Source: Candidatus Brocadiia bacterium (lineage in GTDB: Bacteria; Planctomycetota; Brocadiia; SM23-32). Taken from it: 64,000 nt of DNA. Positions 27,664 to 36,454 of this stretch are shown one piece after another. The notes beneath the pieces were generated by a model. That model searched no databases. It saw only the letters and a program-made list of their open reading frames with translations, and had not been told where the DNA came from. Made by a program: the position numbers and the translations under genes. The number at the start of each line of letters is the position of its first letter. Within the stretch, counting starts at the first letter, position 1. The stretch spans positions 11,116-75,115 of the forward strand of contig JBKHIT010000019.1 of assembly GCA_046538485.1 (NCBI GenBank). Reading direction: 5' to 3'.

Positions 27664-28674
27664 TTAGAACTGATTAAGAAAACGGACATCCCCCTGGTAA
27701 AAGAGACGAATGTCATCGATACCGTATTTGGTCATGGCGATACGTTCTATGCCGACTCCAAACGCAAAACCTGTGTATTTTTCAGCATCGTATCCAACAG
27801 CGTCGAATACGTTTGGGTCGACCATCCCGGCGCCACCGAGTTCGAGCCAACCGCTGTAGGAGCATGTGCTGCAACCGCTTCCGTGGCACGCGGGACAAGT
27901 GCAGTCAAACTCAGCACTTGGTTCCGTAAAGGGAAAATAGGAGGGGCGAAACCGCACTTCAATGTCCCCCGAGAACAGCTCCCGGGCGAAAATATGAAGA
28001 ACAGCTTTTAGATCGCCAAAGTTGACACCTTCATCGACCATGAGCCCTTCGACCTGGTGGAACATTGCGCTGTGACGTGCATCTTCGGTATCGGGTCGGA
28101 AACACCGGCCGGGAGCGATGATGCGCACGGGCGGTTTCGTGTTTTCCATAACCCGAATTTGGACCGTAGAAGTTTGGCTTCTCAAAAGGATATTGTCGGA
28201 GATGTAAAACGTATCAAAAGCATCTCGTGAAGGGTGATCTGGTGGAATGTTGAGGGCTTCAAAGTTGTACCAATCGAGTTCAACTTCCGGTCCAGTAGCG
28301 GTTGTGAAACCCAGGCTGCGGAATATGTCGCCAATTTGCTCGACAGTTTGTGAGAGCGGATGGATATGTCCGACTGGGGGACGACGGCCCGGCAGGGTAG
28401 GATCGAAGGTTGCTGTTTCAGGGGTTTGTTGACCTTGACAGGACTTTTGCGCTTCTTCGACAAGCTTTTCGAGTTCTTGTTTAAGAGCGTTTGCAGCTTT
28501 CCCGGCCTCTGGACGTTCTTCAGGCGGAAGTTCAGGAATAGCCGAGAACAAATCTGGCATAATGCCCTTGCGTCCCAAATAATGAACGCGGAGTCTCTCC
28601 ACGTCTTCAGGCGTGGTTGCATTTTTGAATTGCTGCCGTGCTTCAGACAGAATCTGGTCGGTCTTTTCCGTCAC
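27664..28674 (-). CDS. pheS: phenylalanine--tRNA ligase alpha subunit
   Basis: HPL..., class II motifs (FRPSYFPFTEPS, GAGMVDPNV, GFAFGVGIERIAM). Confidence 0.95.
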   Translation of the reverse strand: MTEKTDQILSEARQQFKNATTPEDVERLRVHYLGRKGIMPDLFSAIPELPPEERPEAGKAANALKQELEKLVEEAQKSCQGQQTPETATFDPTLPGRRPPVGHIHPLSQTVEQIGDIFRSLGFTTATGPEVELDWYNFEALNIPPDHPSRDAFDTFYISDNILLRSQTSTVQIRVMENTKPPVRIIAPGRCFRPDTEDARHSAMFHQVEGLMVDEGVNFGDLKAVLHIFARELFSGDIEVRFRPSYFPFTEPSAEFDCTCPACHGSGCSTCSYSGWLELGGAGMVDPNVFDAVGYDAEKYTGFAFGVGIERIAMTKYGIDDIRLFYQGDVRFLNQF

Positions 28675-28729
28675 AGAAAGGGCCTCCCCGCACTAAGGTT
28701 GGATGTCGGCGTTTTGGGATCGGGCGCTT

Positions 28730-29107
28730 TCAGGTTTGTGCCACAGCAGGATCGCCTTCCATTTTGGCACGCGCAATGGAGACGATTTCATCAAACGCAC
28801 CGGGATCTGAAATAGCGAGCTCTGCGAGCATTTTACGGTTCAACTGAACATCAGCTTTTTTAAGCCCGCCGATCAAACGACTATAGTTCATATTGCGCAT
28901 GCGGGCAGCTGCGTTGATGCGAGTGATCCAGAGTCGCCGGAAATCTCGTTTTTTCTGGCGCCGATGATACCAACTGTACCTCCAGGCGCGCCGCAGCGAT
29001 TCTTTTGCCGTCCGGTACAGTTTGCTACGACCACCCCAGTATCCTCGGGCGGCCCGAAAAACCCTTTTTCTCTTACGTGCTTTTGCTGCGCCTTTTTTCG
29101 TTCTCAT
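28730..29107 (-). CDS. rplT: 50S ribosomal protein L20
   Basis: MRTKKGAAKARKRKRVFRAARGYWGGRSKLYRTAKE... is a canonical L20 N-terminus. Confidence 0.95.
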   Translation of the reverse strand: MRTKKGAAKARKRKRVFRAARGYWGGRSKLYRTAKESLRRAWRYSWYHRRQKKRDFRRLWITRINAAARMRNMNYSRLIGGLKKADVQLNRKMLAELAISDPGAFDEIVSIARAKMEGDPAVAQT

Positions 29108-29142
29108 TTTTTGAAACTTTCTTCATATGGGTTCGGACGGAA

Positions 29143-29340
29143 TCAGCCCGAAAAATCGTACTGTTTTTTCAGTTTTTTGACTTCACAGGGTTCAAGCTGA
29201 TCCCATTTTCGCAGGCGGCGTTTGCGTTTGGAGCGTTTTTTGCCCAAAAGATGACCGCGGCCGGAGCGCGCGTGCATAATTTTTCCCGTTTTTGTGACTT
29301 TTAACCGTTGTTTAAGACCTTTGTGTGTCTTTTCTGACAT
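29143..29340 (-). CDS. rpmI: 50S ribosomal protein L35
   Basis: KTHKGLKQRLKVTKTGKI...HLLGKKRSKRKRRLRK. Confidence 0.95.
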   Translation of the reverse strand: MSEKTHKGLKQRLKVTKTGKIMHARSGRGHLLGKKRSKRKRRLRKWDQLEPCEVKKLKKQYDFSG

Positions 29341-29460
29341 GAACTAACACCTTAATTGGCAGTGAGTCTGATTGTTGACAGTGAAAATCGCTTATGGGGA
29401 AAACACAGATTTAAAAGTTTGCTTTGAATCCGGGGGTTATGGCGCTACGGTTTTGCCGGA

Positions 29461-29982
29461 TTATCGGGGGCACAACAACATTGTTATACGTCCAGCGCTT
29501 TCCCGAGTCGGTTCGCGTTCAATTTTGCCGACTTCCTCAAACCGGTCCGCGAAATCGTACATGTGTTCCATAGCTTGTTTCCCGTGGACCTTTTCGCGTC
29601 CGGATAGGTTCATACTGATCAATACTTTATTGTGGTTCTTAAGAAATTCGATAACGCGATCAGCTTTAAAGTTCAGATCATGTTCTTCGGTGCTGATCCC
29701 GATCCGAATTTCCTTCAACTCGCTTTTATGCTTTTTTTGTTTTTGGCGGCGTTTTTGCTGGCGGTACTTAAATTTCCCATAGTCCAAAACCTTGCAAACA
29801 GGCGGGTCGGCATCTGCTGCAATTTCAACAAGGTCCAAACCTTCTTCTTCTGCCCGAGTTCGGGCCTCTTCAAGTGGAACAATTCCTATGTGTTCCCCAT
29901 CGCCCATCACGAGCCGAACAACATCGCCTTCAATCCTGTCGTTTACCCGATAATCGGGGGTCGAGGATTTTTGTTTAGACAA
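29461..29982 (-). CDS. infC: translation initiation factor IF-3
   Basis: YRVNDRIEGDVVRLV...GIVPLEEA...A.E.GLDLVE, with a C-terminal domain containing KEIR. The start codon is TTG at 29982-29980, with no nearby in-frame ATG. Confidence 0.9.
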   Translation of the reverse strand: MSKQKSSTPDYRVNDRIEGDVVRLVMGDGEHIGIVPLEEARTRAEEEGLDLVEIAADADPPVCKVLDYGKFKYRQQKRRQKQKKHKSELKEIRIGISTEEHDLNFKADRVIEFLKNHNKVLISMNLSGREKVHGKQAMEHMYDFADRFEEVGKIEREPTRESAGRITMLLCPR

Positions 29983-30135
29983 GTATAGGTTCCTTTAGGA
30001 ATAGTAAGGGTTGCTGACAGTCCAACGGAAAGCGGCCACTGACCTTTAAGAATAAGCAAAATCGGCAGCGCAGTCAAGCTGCCTGCGAATCTCGGCGATG
30101 CTAAAAGGGGAAGACCCTCAGCCTGCATCTTACGG

Positions 30136-30285
30136 TTGCTCATCACTGATTTTAAGTTGTCAGATTTATGCGCCGTTTTTTTAGCCCGGATTTTCGGCTG
30201 AGAAGGGTTATGAACGGTGTTCAGTAAAGATTCTTCCCTGATTTGGTACGAATGGGTTCCAATTATCCGTAAAATCCGGGCTGGA
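30136..30285 (+). repeat. intergenic repeat family, full-length copy C (~150 nt)
   Basis: By eye the first ~90 nt are nearly identical to the reverse complement of 49675-49826, and the 3' core is shared with copies A, B and D. Confidence 0.85.
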
Positions 30286-30313
30286 CTCTGGGATGCGTCA
30301 AGGACCGTAGAAA

Positions 30314-32389
30314 CTATTTATTGTCCTTTTCGACAGCACCCGCGAATTTGTTGTTAAGCGTCGTCAGTAGTTTTCGAGAGAGTATTTCAGCGGTTTTAAC
30401 GCGAGCCCGTTCCACGGCCTTCTCGCGCGAATCCGTGTGTGCGTCCTTACCGCATGCCTCTAATGTTGCTATAACAGAGTTGGGTGGCAATGTGCTGTCG
30501 ATGACACGAAGCGTTGCAGGTACGTTGACAAAGTGCAGTTTTCCGTATGAGGTCTCACGGGTTTCCACCGTTTTGGCATCGCTCTTACCAGCACAAATAA
30601 GAAGCATTGTTTCGGCCCCGGCCATTTTAACCGGGCGGAAGGCTTGGGCCATCTTATCGACGGACGCGTCGGCCGCAAGTTTGCCCTCACGTACCGCGGG
30701 AGGCATTGCATCAGCGTCGACAATGCTGTAACCGGCTTTTTTGAGAGTTTCCCGAATGTGAGCAGCAATATCCCTTGCAGTGTCCAAATCCTGGCTATCT
30801 TTACTCCGAAAGAAAACGGCGATTCGAGTGTTTTCCTGTCTTCGTAGCGCTGCACGGAAAACGACCCCGGGGACCTCAATATCATTGAGGTTAACATGCG
30901 GACAATCATGAGTGAGATCCATCTCACAACGAATGGCTACGCGGGAGCGGGACGCCTGTTTGATGTCTTTAACAACGCAGGCGATTCGACCGTTCTTATC
31001 GGTTTTGGCTGGCGCATCGAGACTGCCGGCCCCTTTCTTGAAATAAAACCGCATGGCCTGGTCCGGGACCGGAGTTTTGTTTTTACCAACGTGCAAACTG
31101 GCAACAAGAGGTTCCTGTAGAACTTCGTGTCCTGGGTTCCATTGCCGGTCCCCGCTGACCTTTGATACTGCAAACTCTTTAACTAAAGAGTTAAGAGATT
31201 CTTTGCAACGGGCGACATCAATTTGTTCCCATTTGTCCGGATGAAACAATGTCTCTTCACCGGTCAAAAATATGGCGGCTAGCTGATATTTGACGGCTTT
31301 TTGCAGAAGACAGAATGCCTCAAGGTGCTTTGAAAGTGCTTTTACATAATTGTCGGCTTTATAATGTGCTGCGCCTGATTTAGAGAGTTCAGTCGCATCG
31401 GCGAGGGCTTCTTCGATCAAGCGGCTATAGGTCCTCTTTGCCGTTGAACGATCAATAATGGCGAGCGCGTAATAGGTTTTTGTAACCTCGTCATGCCAGA
31501 ATTTGGGCACCGAGATGTCGGGGAGTTCACTCTCATCCCAGAGCAATTTGTCAGCCCCCTCGAGCGCGGCTACACTTCGGGAAAAAACGTTTTGGTCGAT
31601 CTTTAAAGCTATCCGGCGACGCAGCGTGCGGACGGTACCCATGAAGTGTCGATGCATTTCTGTTTTGGCAGCTTCCTTCGCTGCATCATGCGTATCAGCC
31701 AAACCTATAGCATGAAGAAAGTCTTGACGTGGAAATTCTTTGTCCTCACCGCGAACCAACCAGCTCGGAGGGCTTTCTTTTAATCCGGATTCTTCCTTTT
31801 CATGTTTTGCCGATGCCCGAGCGAGGCGTTGTCGCAATAAAGAATCGAGAAAGTGTTCCAGTTCCGCCAGGGCTTTTTCCTTTTGGCCAGTGGGAAATGG
31901 GTTGAGACGCTCGGTGACACTCGAACTCTTTTCCCTTACGCGTCGATTAACGGTATTGACGGGCAGGCGGTACATGACGTAGATAGTTTTTTTCTTCTTG
32001 TCCTGCCATGTGTCGTGAGGCGGGACCTGGCGAAGCAAAGCATTGCCAACTTCCACGGCGACATTTTCAATGAACTGCTGTGTGGACCTCGATTGGGGAT
32101 CAATGAGTTCGTGATGATCCTCGACAAAAGCCTCGAGGGCAGCCCGGGTGTAGCCCTGGATCTTACGAAGCAACTCGGCACGAGCCTCGTTTTCGGCATC
32201 TTGGAGTTTGGAATCCCTGTTGTGACCGGACGCGTCGGAACCAACAGCCGAAATGAATGTTTCGTCGTCCTTCACTATGTGTTTTCCTCCTGGAAGCTCT
32301 GATTCTGATTGACCGAAGTTTCTGATACTTTCGCACGCCGGCAACAGCAGTGAGAATATCGCAACCAGACAGAGCAACATTTTCCGCAT
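30314..32389 (-). CDS. lipoprotein, hypothetical (691 aa)
   Basis: Strong SD (AAGGAGGG). The signal has a lipobox: MRKMLLCLVAIFSLLLPAC. No catalytic motif recognised. Confidence 0.75.
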   Translation of the reverse strand: MRKMLLCLVAIFSLLLPACESIRNFGQSESELPGGKHIVKDDETFISAVGSDASGHNRDSKLQDAENEARAELLRKIQGYTRAALEAFVEDHHELIDPQSRSTQQFIENVAVEVGNALLRQVPPHDTWQDKKKKTIYVMYRLPVNTVNRRVREKSSSVTERLNPFPTGQKEKALAELEHFLDSLLRQRLARASAKHEKEESGLKESPPSWLVRGEDKEFPRQDFLHAIGLADTHDAAKEAAKTEMHRHFMGTVRTLRRRIALKIDQNVFSRSVAALEGADKLLWDESELPDISVPKFWHDEVTKTYYALAIIDRSTAKRTYSRLIEEALADATELSKSGAAHYKADNYVKALSKHLEAFCLLQKAVKYQLAAIFLTGEETLFHPDKWEQIDVARCKESLNSLVKEFAVSKVSGDRQWNPGHEVLQEPLVASLHVGKNKTPVPDQAMRFYFKKGAGSLDAPAKTDKNGRIACVVKDIKQASRSRVAIRCEMDLTHDCPHVNLNDIEVPGVVFRAALRRQENTRIAVFFRSKDSQDLDTARDIAAHIRETLKKAGYSIVDADAMPPAVREGKLAADASVDKMAQAFRPVKMAGAETMLLICAGKSDAKTVETRETSYGKLHFVNVPATLRVIDSTLPPNSVIATLEACGKDAHTDSREKAVERARVKTAEILSRKLLTTLNNKFAGAVEKDNK

Positions 32390-32528
32390 AATGGAATTCC
32401 CTCCTTTGGTCCTTTTTGCCGAGTTAGTACTTCACCACCACGCCAATATTACCTCTTACGCCGCAGGAAGGTCAAATTTTCTTGTGTCCTTGCGGCAAGA
32501 ATCCGCATTATACGTCTTTGAGTGCGCC

Positions 32529-32545
32529 GAATGGCTTCCAATTAT
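32529..32545 (+). repeat. intergenic repeat family, 17-nt fragment (copy D)
   Basis: gaatggcttccaattat is identical to copy A positions about 3239-3255, and similarity then stops. Confidence 0.4.
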
Positions 32546-33183
32546 AGCTGCTATGTGAAGCTTGATTATTTCTCTTTTCGGATGGAATCGGTGAGTTGTT
32601 GCCTTGATATAAAATAGTCCACTGTATCTGAAAATAACATCACCGCAAATTGGCTTGACAGGAAAGGCTCAGTGAGGGATAAATTAATTAGCGTATTTCC
32701 CATAGCTAAATGGTACAAACCATTGCCAAATTGCGGAGAATATGTCTGGTAAATTTGTCTCCGGGGATTTTTCTTGTTGCGATTGTGTCGTAAAAGGATG
32801 AAGCGGCGGACGACCTGGAAGAATCGGAAGGCAACGAGGACTGAGTGGAGTTCAGCTGTGGTATCTGTCCGGCGGCAGGTCTCACAACAGACAGCCTGCC
32901 CGGAGAAGAAACATCCACTGTTTGAGGTTTCCTGCATGCATCGGATTCATCTTAAGTGGAACAATTGTCCCGTGGCAGAGACCCCGGTTATTTTATTTAT
33001 GTCCTGACTCAAACAGACAGAATGCCACAGGGGATAGAACTGCCCTGGGATGTCAACAGTGCGTGGGACCCTTTTGTGGAACGGCCTCAGGCTTTTGCTG
33101 GGCGAGCACAACCTGATTTCAGTCGCGCCGCACAGCGAATTATGTCCGGGGCACGCGTATCGACAATTTCTGTTGAATGCTAT

Positions 33184-35067
33184 TCACAGAGGCGACACAG
33201 TGATTTCCAGTTCCCCGGTCTTCTTCGGGGAGCGAAAAGACAGGAGAATGCGGGTGATTTGATCGCCCCACACGTTTTGAAGTCGACTGTCTTCGAGGGC
33301 AAGCTCTTCGAGTTCAAACTGAATACTGGCGAGATCAAACGAAACCAGCGCATCCCCGGATTGCGTTGAATCCGTCAATTCTGATTTTTCGAGGCGAATT
33401 CGGCCGTCACTGGCGATCTCAGGTTGGCAGGGTGTGATTAAGCTGAAGATCAGCTCCTCTGGTTTTGCTTCCAGGTCCCATGTATCGCGAACAGAGATAT
33501 GCTCGCCGCGCAGCAACGTTATCTCTCGATATAATGTATGGATGCCCGAATCCGTCGGCCATGCGGAAGTGATGTCCAGATGCAGCGAAGCCTCTTTTTC
33601 GGAGCAGTTATATTCAACATCGGCGGCGCAAGATTCACGGCCGGGCGACTGGCAAACTCCATTGATTGTCGGCAGATTGTGATAGCGAGACTGCATGGTC
33701 CAGATTTCGTAGCGCTCTTTGCTGAATGTTTTCCGACGGTACGTCTCCACCCCAACGTCGATCAGTACCGGAAGGCCATCGTTGAAAACGATGAAATTGC
33801 CTATATCGTTGTGATTGTGGCTTTCAGCGTTATGGCCACCTTTTGCCGCCAGGTACAATCCATCGGGCGCTCCTGCATTCGAACGGGCGGCCATAAGTTG
33901 AGTTTCAGGCAACCAGACATCACGCAGGTAAGGAGGTTCCCCTGTGGCATCCTTGAGACCGTCTGTCATGAAAATGGCGGGGAGTTTCCGCTGCACTGAC
34001 CCGGATAGCGTATTCTGGGGATATCCGGTTTTGCGAGCAAAATATCCGCCGAAATCTTTGAGCTTTGGCTCCCCGACTTTTCTGCCATATCGGATAAGAT
34101 GAGCCGGAGAAGGGCGGCAGCGAGCGGAGGCGTCGGCGAAATTAACGAACCATTGATCGTCGATGTGCACCCGGTAGATGTAACAGCCCATTTCTTTGAT
34201 CAAGGGGATATCAAAGAGATCAACCCGGCCGTCGGTTGCGGAATGGAGGAGCTCAAGACAGTCAAACAGGCTGGCACCCGCACGGTTCCAATAGCCAGGT
34301 CCCTCGTCGCATCCTCCATCTGCCGGGTAATCCTCGACGAAACAGTCGAGGCTACGGGTAATTTTCCGGACGCCCTGTATTCGTTTATCCTGATCTTTCT
34401 CGCATAGCAGCAGGGAGGCCAACCAGTTTGAATTGATCCACGGGTTCCAGTTGTTGGGATGAGCTTCTTTGGGGAATCCCATCCACCAGAAATCGTCGCG
34501 TTCCAAGCAGACATCGAGCATGCGACGTCGAACTTCGTGCAGAATCCTCTTCGGGATAAAATCCGATATCTCTGCGAGAGATGATCCAAGCAGATAATGG
34601 ACCCAGGAGAGCCGTGCGGCTGTTTCAGCGGCGAAAAGATCCACCGTGATTTCCTGGACATCCGGGAGTCCGGGACCTGCTTCTTGGAGATGGAGATGGG
34701 CGGGGAGCCCCCAAAAACTTTCTTCGCAGATGCTCCAGACAGCATTAGCCAGAGGATCCAGAAATCGGCCATCTCCCTGGGCGCACTCGGCGAAAATTAA
34801 CCTGTGCAGAATCTTGCGTCTCTGTCCCAGAACCTTCTGGTACCGTGCACGGTTGCCCGTGCGATCGTAGTCGAGAAAAAGAGTTGCCGGCAGTAGCGGC
34901 CAATTTTCATCGAGCGCTTCTTCGCCTTTGTCAATCATATAAGAACGCATTTCGGAAGGAAGAGATTCCCATTTCTCGCGTTCATCCGCGGTGGGATAAG
35001 GATGCCATAAACCAAATTGCACCAGACAGTGCGGCAGGTTGCTTGCATCAACGCGCTCTTTGAGCAT
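33184..35067 (-). CDS. heparinase II/III-like family protein
   Basis: GGHNAESHNHNDIGNFIVFNDGLPVLIDVGVETY...SRYHNLPTING matches the heparinase II/III C-terminal pattern. The N-terminal half looks alpha-helical and alginate-lyase-like. Confidence 0.75.
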   Translation of the reverse strand: MLKERVDASNLPHCLVQFGLWHPYPTADEREKWESLPSEMRSYMIDKGEEALDENWPLLPATLFLDYDRTGNRARYQKVLGQRRKILHRLIFAECAQGDGRFLDPLANAVWSICEESFWGLPAHLHLQEAGPGLPDVQEITVDLFAAETAARLSWVHYLLGSSLAEISDFIPKRILHEVRRRMLDVCLERDDFWWMGFPKEAHPNNWNPWINSNWLASLLLCEKDQDKRIQGVRKITRSLDCFVEDYPADGGCDEGPGYWNRAGASLFDCLELLHSATDGRVDLFDIPLIKEMGCYIYRVHIDDQWFVNFADASARCRPSPAHLIRYGRKVGEPKLKDFGGYFARKTGYPQNTLSGSVQRKLPAIFMTDGLKDATGEPPYLRDVWLPETQLMAARSNAGAPDGLYLAAKGGHNAESHNHNDIGNFIVFNDGLPVLIDVGVETYRRKTFSKERYEIWTMQSRYHNLPTINGVCQSPGRESCAADVEYNCSEKEASLHLDITSAWPTDSGIHTLYREITLLRGEHISVRDTWDLEAKPEELIFSLITPCQPEIASDGRIRLEKSELTDSTQSGDALVSFDLASIQFELEELALEDSRLQNVWGDQITRILLSFRSPKKTGELEITVSPL

Positions 35068-35371
35068 GGAACGGCTCCCAGAATCAGTTTACTTCGACCA
35101 GGCGGGTTACCATAGAGGAAATCGAGGGGCAAAACCAAGGCTTTTCCCGAATAACGTGGTCTCTCTCGCTTGATTTGCGAAAAATACGGCTTCATTCGGC
35201 GAACCGGCCGGGGCCGCTGAAAGCAATGAGAAATGGGAGGTCAGTTTTTTGCACCTGACTGGTTGCTCCGGGGAGGCCGGGCGAGAGGGATTTTATCGCC
35301 AAAGAATTGCAACTCACTATGCCTTCTGCGTATCATCGTACAGATGGTTGGTAGCTCCGTTCGATGAATGA

Positions 35372-36124
35372 ATGGATTTTTCAATGGGAAAGAAGCGACT
35401 CGTGATTCTGGTGTTGAGCTTTATTCTGATAGTTTTAATAGGTTGCTTTCGCACGAGGCTGCGTTTTCTCGGGAAACGCTTACTGTGCATTGTCCGGGGG
35501 CGGGCGACTGTTTTGGAAAGGGTGGAGCAGTATGGGGCAGCCGGGAGGCACAGGATGCATCCGTATTTCCGCAAGTCCGGTATCGATTACCCTCCGAAAA
35601 AGATTGTGCTGATTGGATTGAAACGTGAAAAATTGCTGGAAGTCTGGGCTTCTATGGAGGATTCTCGGTATTCACTTGTGAGGACATATCCGATTCTGAG
35701 CACAAGCGGAGAGCCTGGCCCCAAACTTCAAGAAGGGGATGGGCAGATGCCGGAGGGGTTTTACCGCATTGAATCGCTCAATCCTAACAGCAGCTATCAC
35801 CTTTCTCTGAGGATTAACTATCCAAATGATTTCGACCTGCGACATGCCAGACGCGAAGGGCGGACCAATCCGGGGGGCGATATTATGATTCATGGGGGCC
35901 GGGCTTCGCTCGGTTGCCTGGCAATGGGAGACCGGGTTGCGGAAGAACTTTTTGTGCTGGCAGCAGATGTTGGGGTGAAAAACATTCGCGTTATCATGAG
36001 CCCGGTTGACTTTCGTAAGGGCGCTGAGGTGGTTTCAAGAGAAAGTATGCCTCCCTGGACCGATGAGCTGTATGCTCAGATAAAATCTGAGTTGGAAGTG
36101 TTGCAAACCGATGCCGGGAGATGA
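35372..36124 (+). CDS. YafK/DpaA-like L,D-transpeptidase-fold protein
   Basis: N-terminal signal/anchor. GGDIMIHGGRASLGCLAMGDRVAEELF matches the H-G...S-x-G-C catalytic motif of the YkuD/YafK family. Confidence 0.7.
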   Translation: MDFSMGKKRLVILVLSFILIVLIGCFRTRLRFLGKRLLCIVRGRATVLERVEQYGAAGRHRMHPYFRKSGIDYPPKKIVLIGLKREKLLEVWASMEDSRYSLVRTYPILSTSGEPGPKLQEGDGQMPEGFYRIESLNPNSSYHLSLRINYPNDFDLRHARREGRTNPGGDIMIHGGRASLGCLAMGDRVAEELFVLAADVGVKNIRVIMSPVDFRKGAEVVSRESMPPWTDELYAQIKSELEVLQTDAGR

Positions 36125-36454
36125 GACGCGCAAGTTCCGCAATTCGAGGCGTACACGACCAAAACCCACGGTGGGCACACCCGCTCTGATGATCAGGTGC
36201 GCGACAAAGTTGTCTTATCCCACCGATCGCAAATGTCGCCGCCGGGGGTAGACAGAGGACCACAGTTGCAGACGTAAGCGTCGGGCGACATTTGCACTTT
36301 GTTGGCGAGCAGCTTCCAGGTGTCAGGTTTCAAATCCTGTACGTCATCGCAATTGCCATTGAGCCAAAACACCGGCCCTCCGTTTGACGGATCATTTACT
36401 GAAATATAGCATCATGGGCTCTGATAAGTGTGATTAATAGAAAAGGTAAAGGTT

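Noticed and set aside
29341-29460. An L20-binding leader or attenuator in the 120-nt infC-rpmI spacer, or upstream of infC.
   Set aside because: I could not identify a convincing pseudoknot or 23S-mimic structure by eye, and the region upstream of infC is occupied by the multi-copy repeat. No support without folding or covariance tools.
30136-30285. The possibility that the intergenic repeat encodes a small peptide. Minus-strand frames through copies A and C give similar strings: ..RILRIIG(S/T)HS(C/Y)QIR..SLLN(S/T)VHNPSQ.. and ..PDFTDNW.PF.PN.GR.F.E.RS(stop).
   Set aside because: Copy E has a 2-nt indel and in-frame stops in the core, and its middle part translates to unrelated sequence. The similarity between A and C is explained by DNA identity. 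The listed ORFs 3196-3432, 29943-30146, 49414-49632 and 49443-49661 are therefore treated as spurious.
32566-33369. ORFs 32566-32937 (minus strand, 123 aa) and 32956-33369 (+ strand, 137 aa) considered as genes.
   Set aside because: No SD, motif or sensible composition. The second overlaps the heparinase-like gene 3' end by 186 nt. They are kept only as part of the unexplained-spacer finding.
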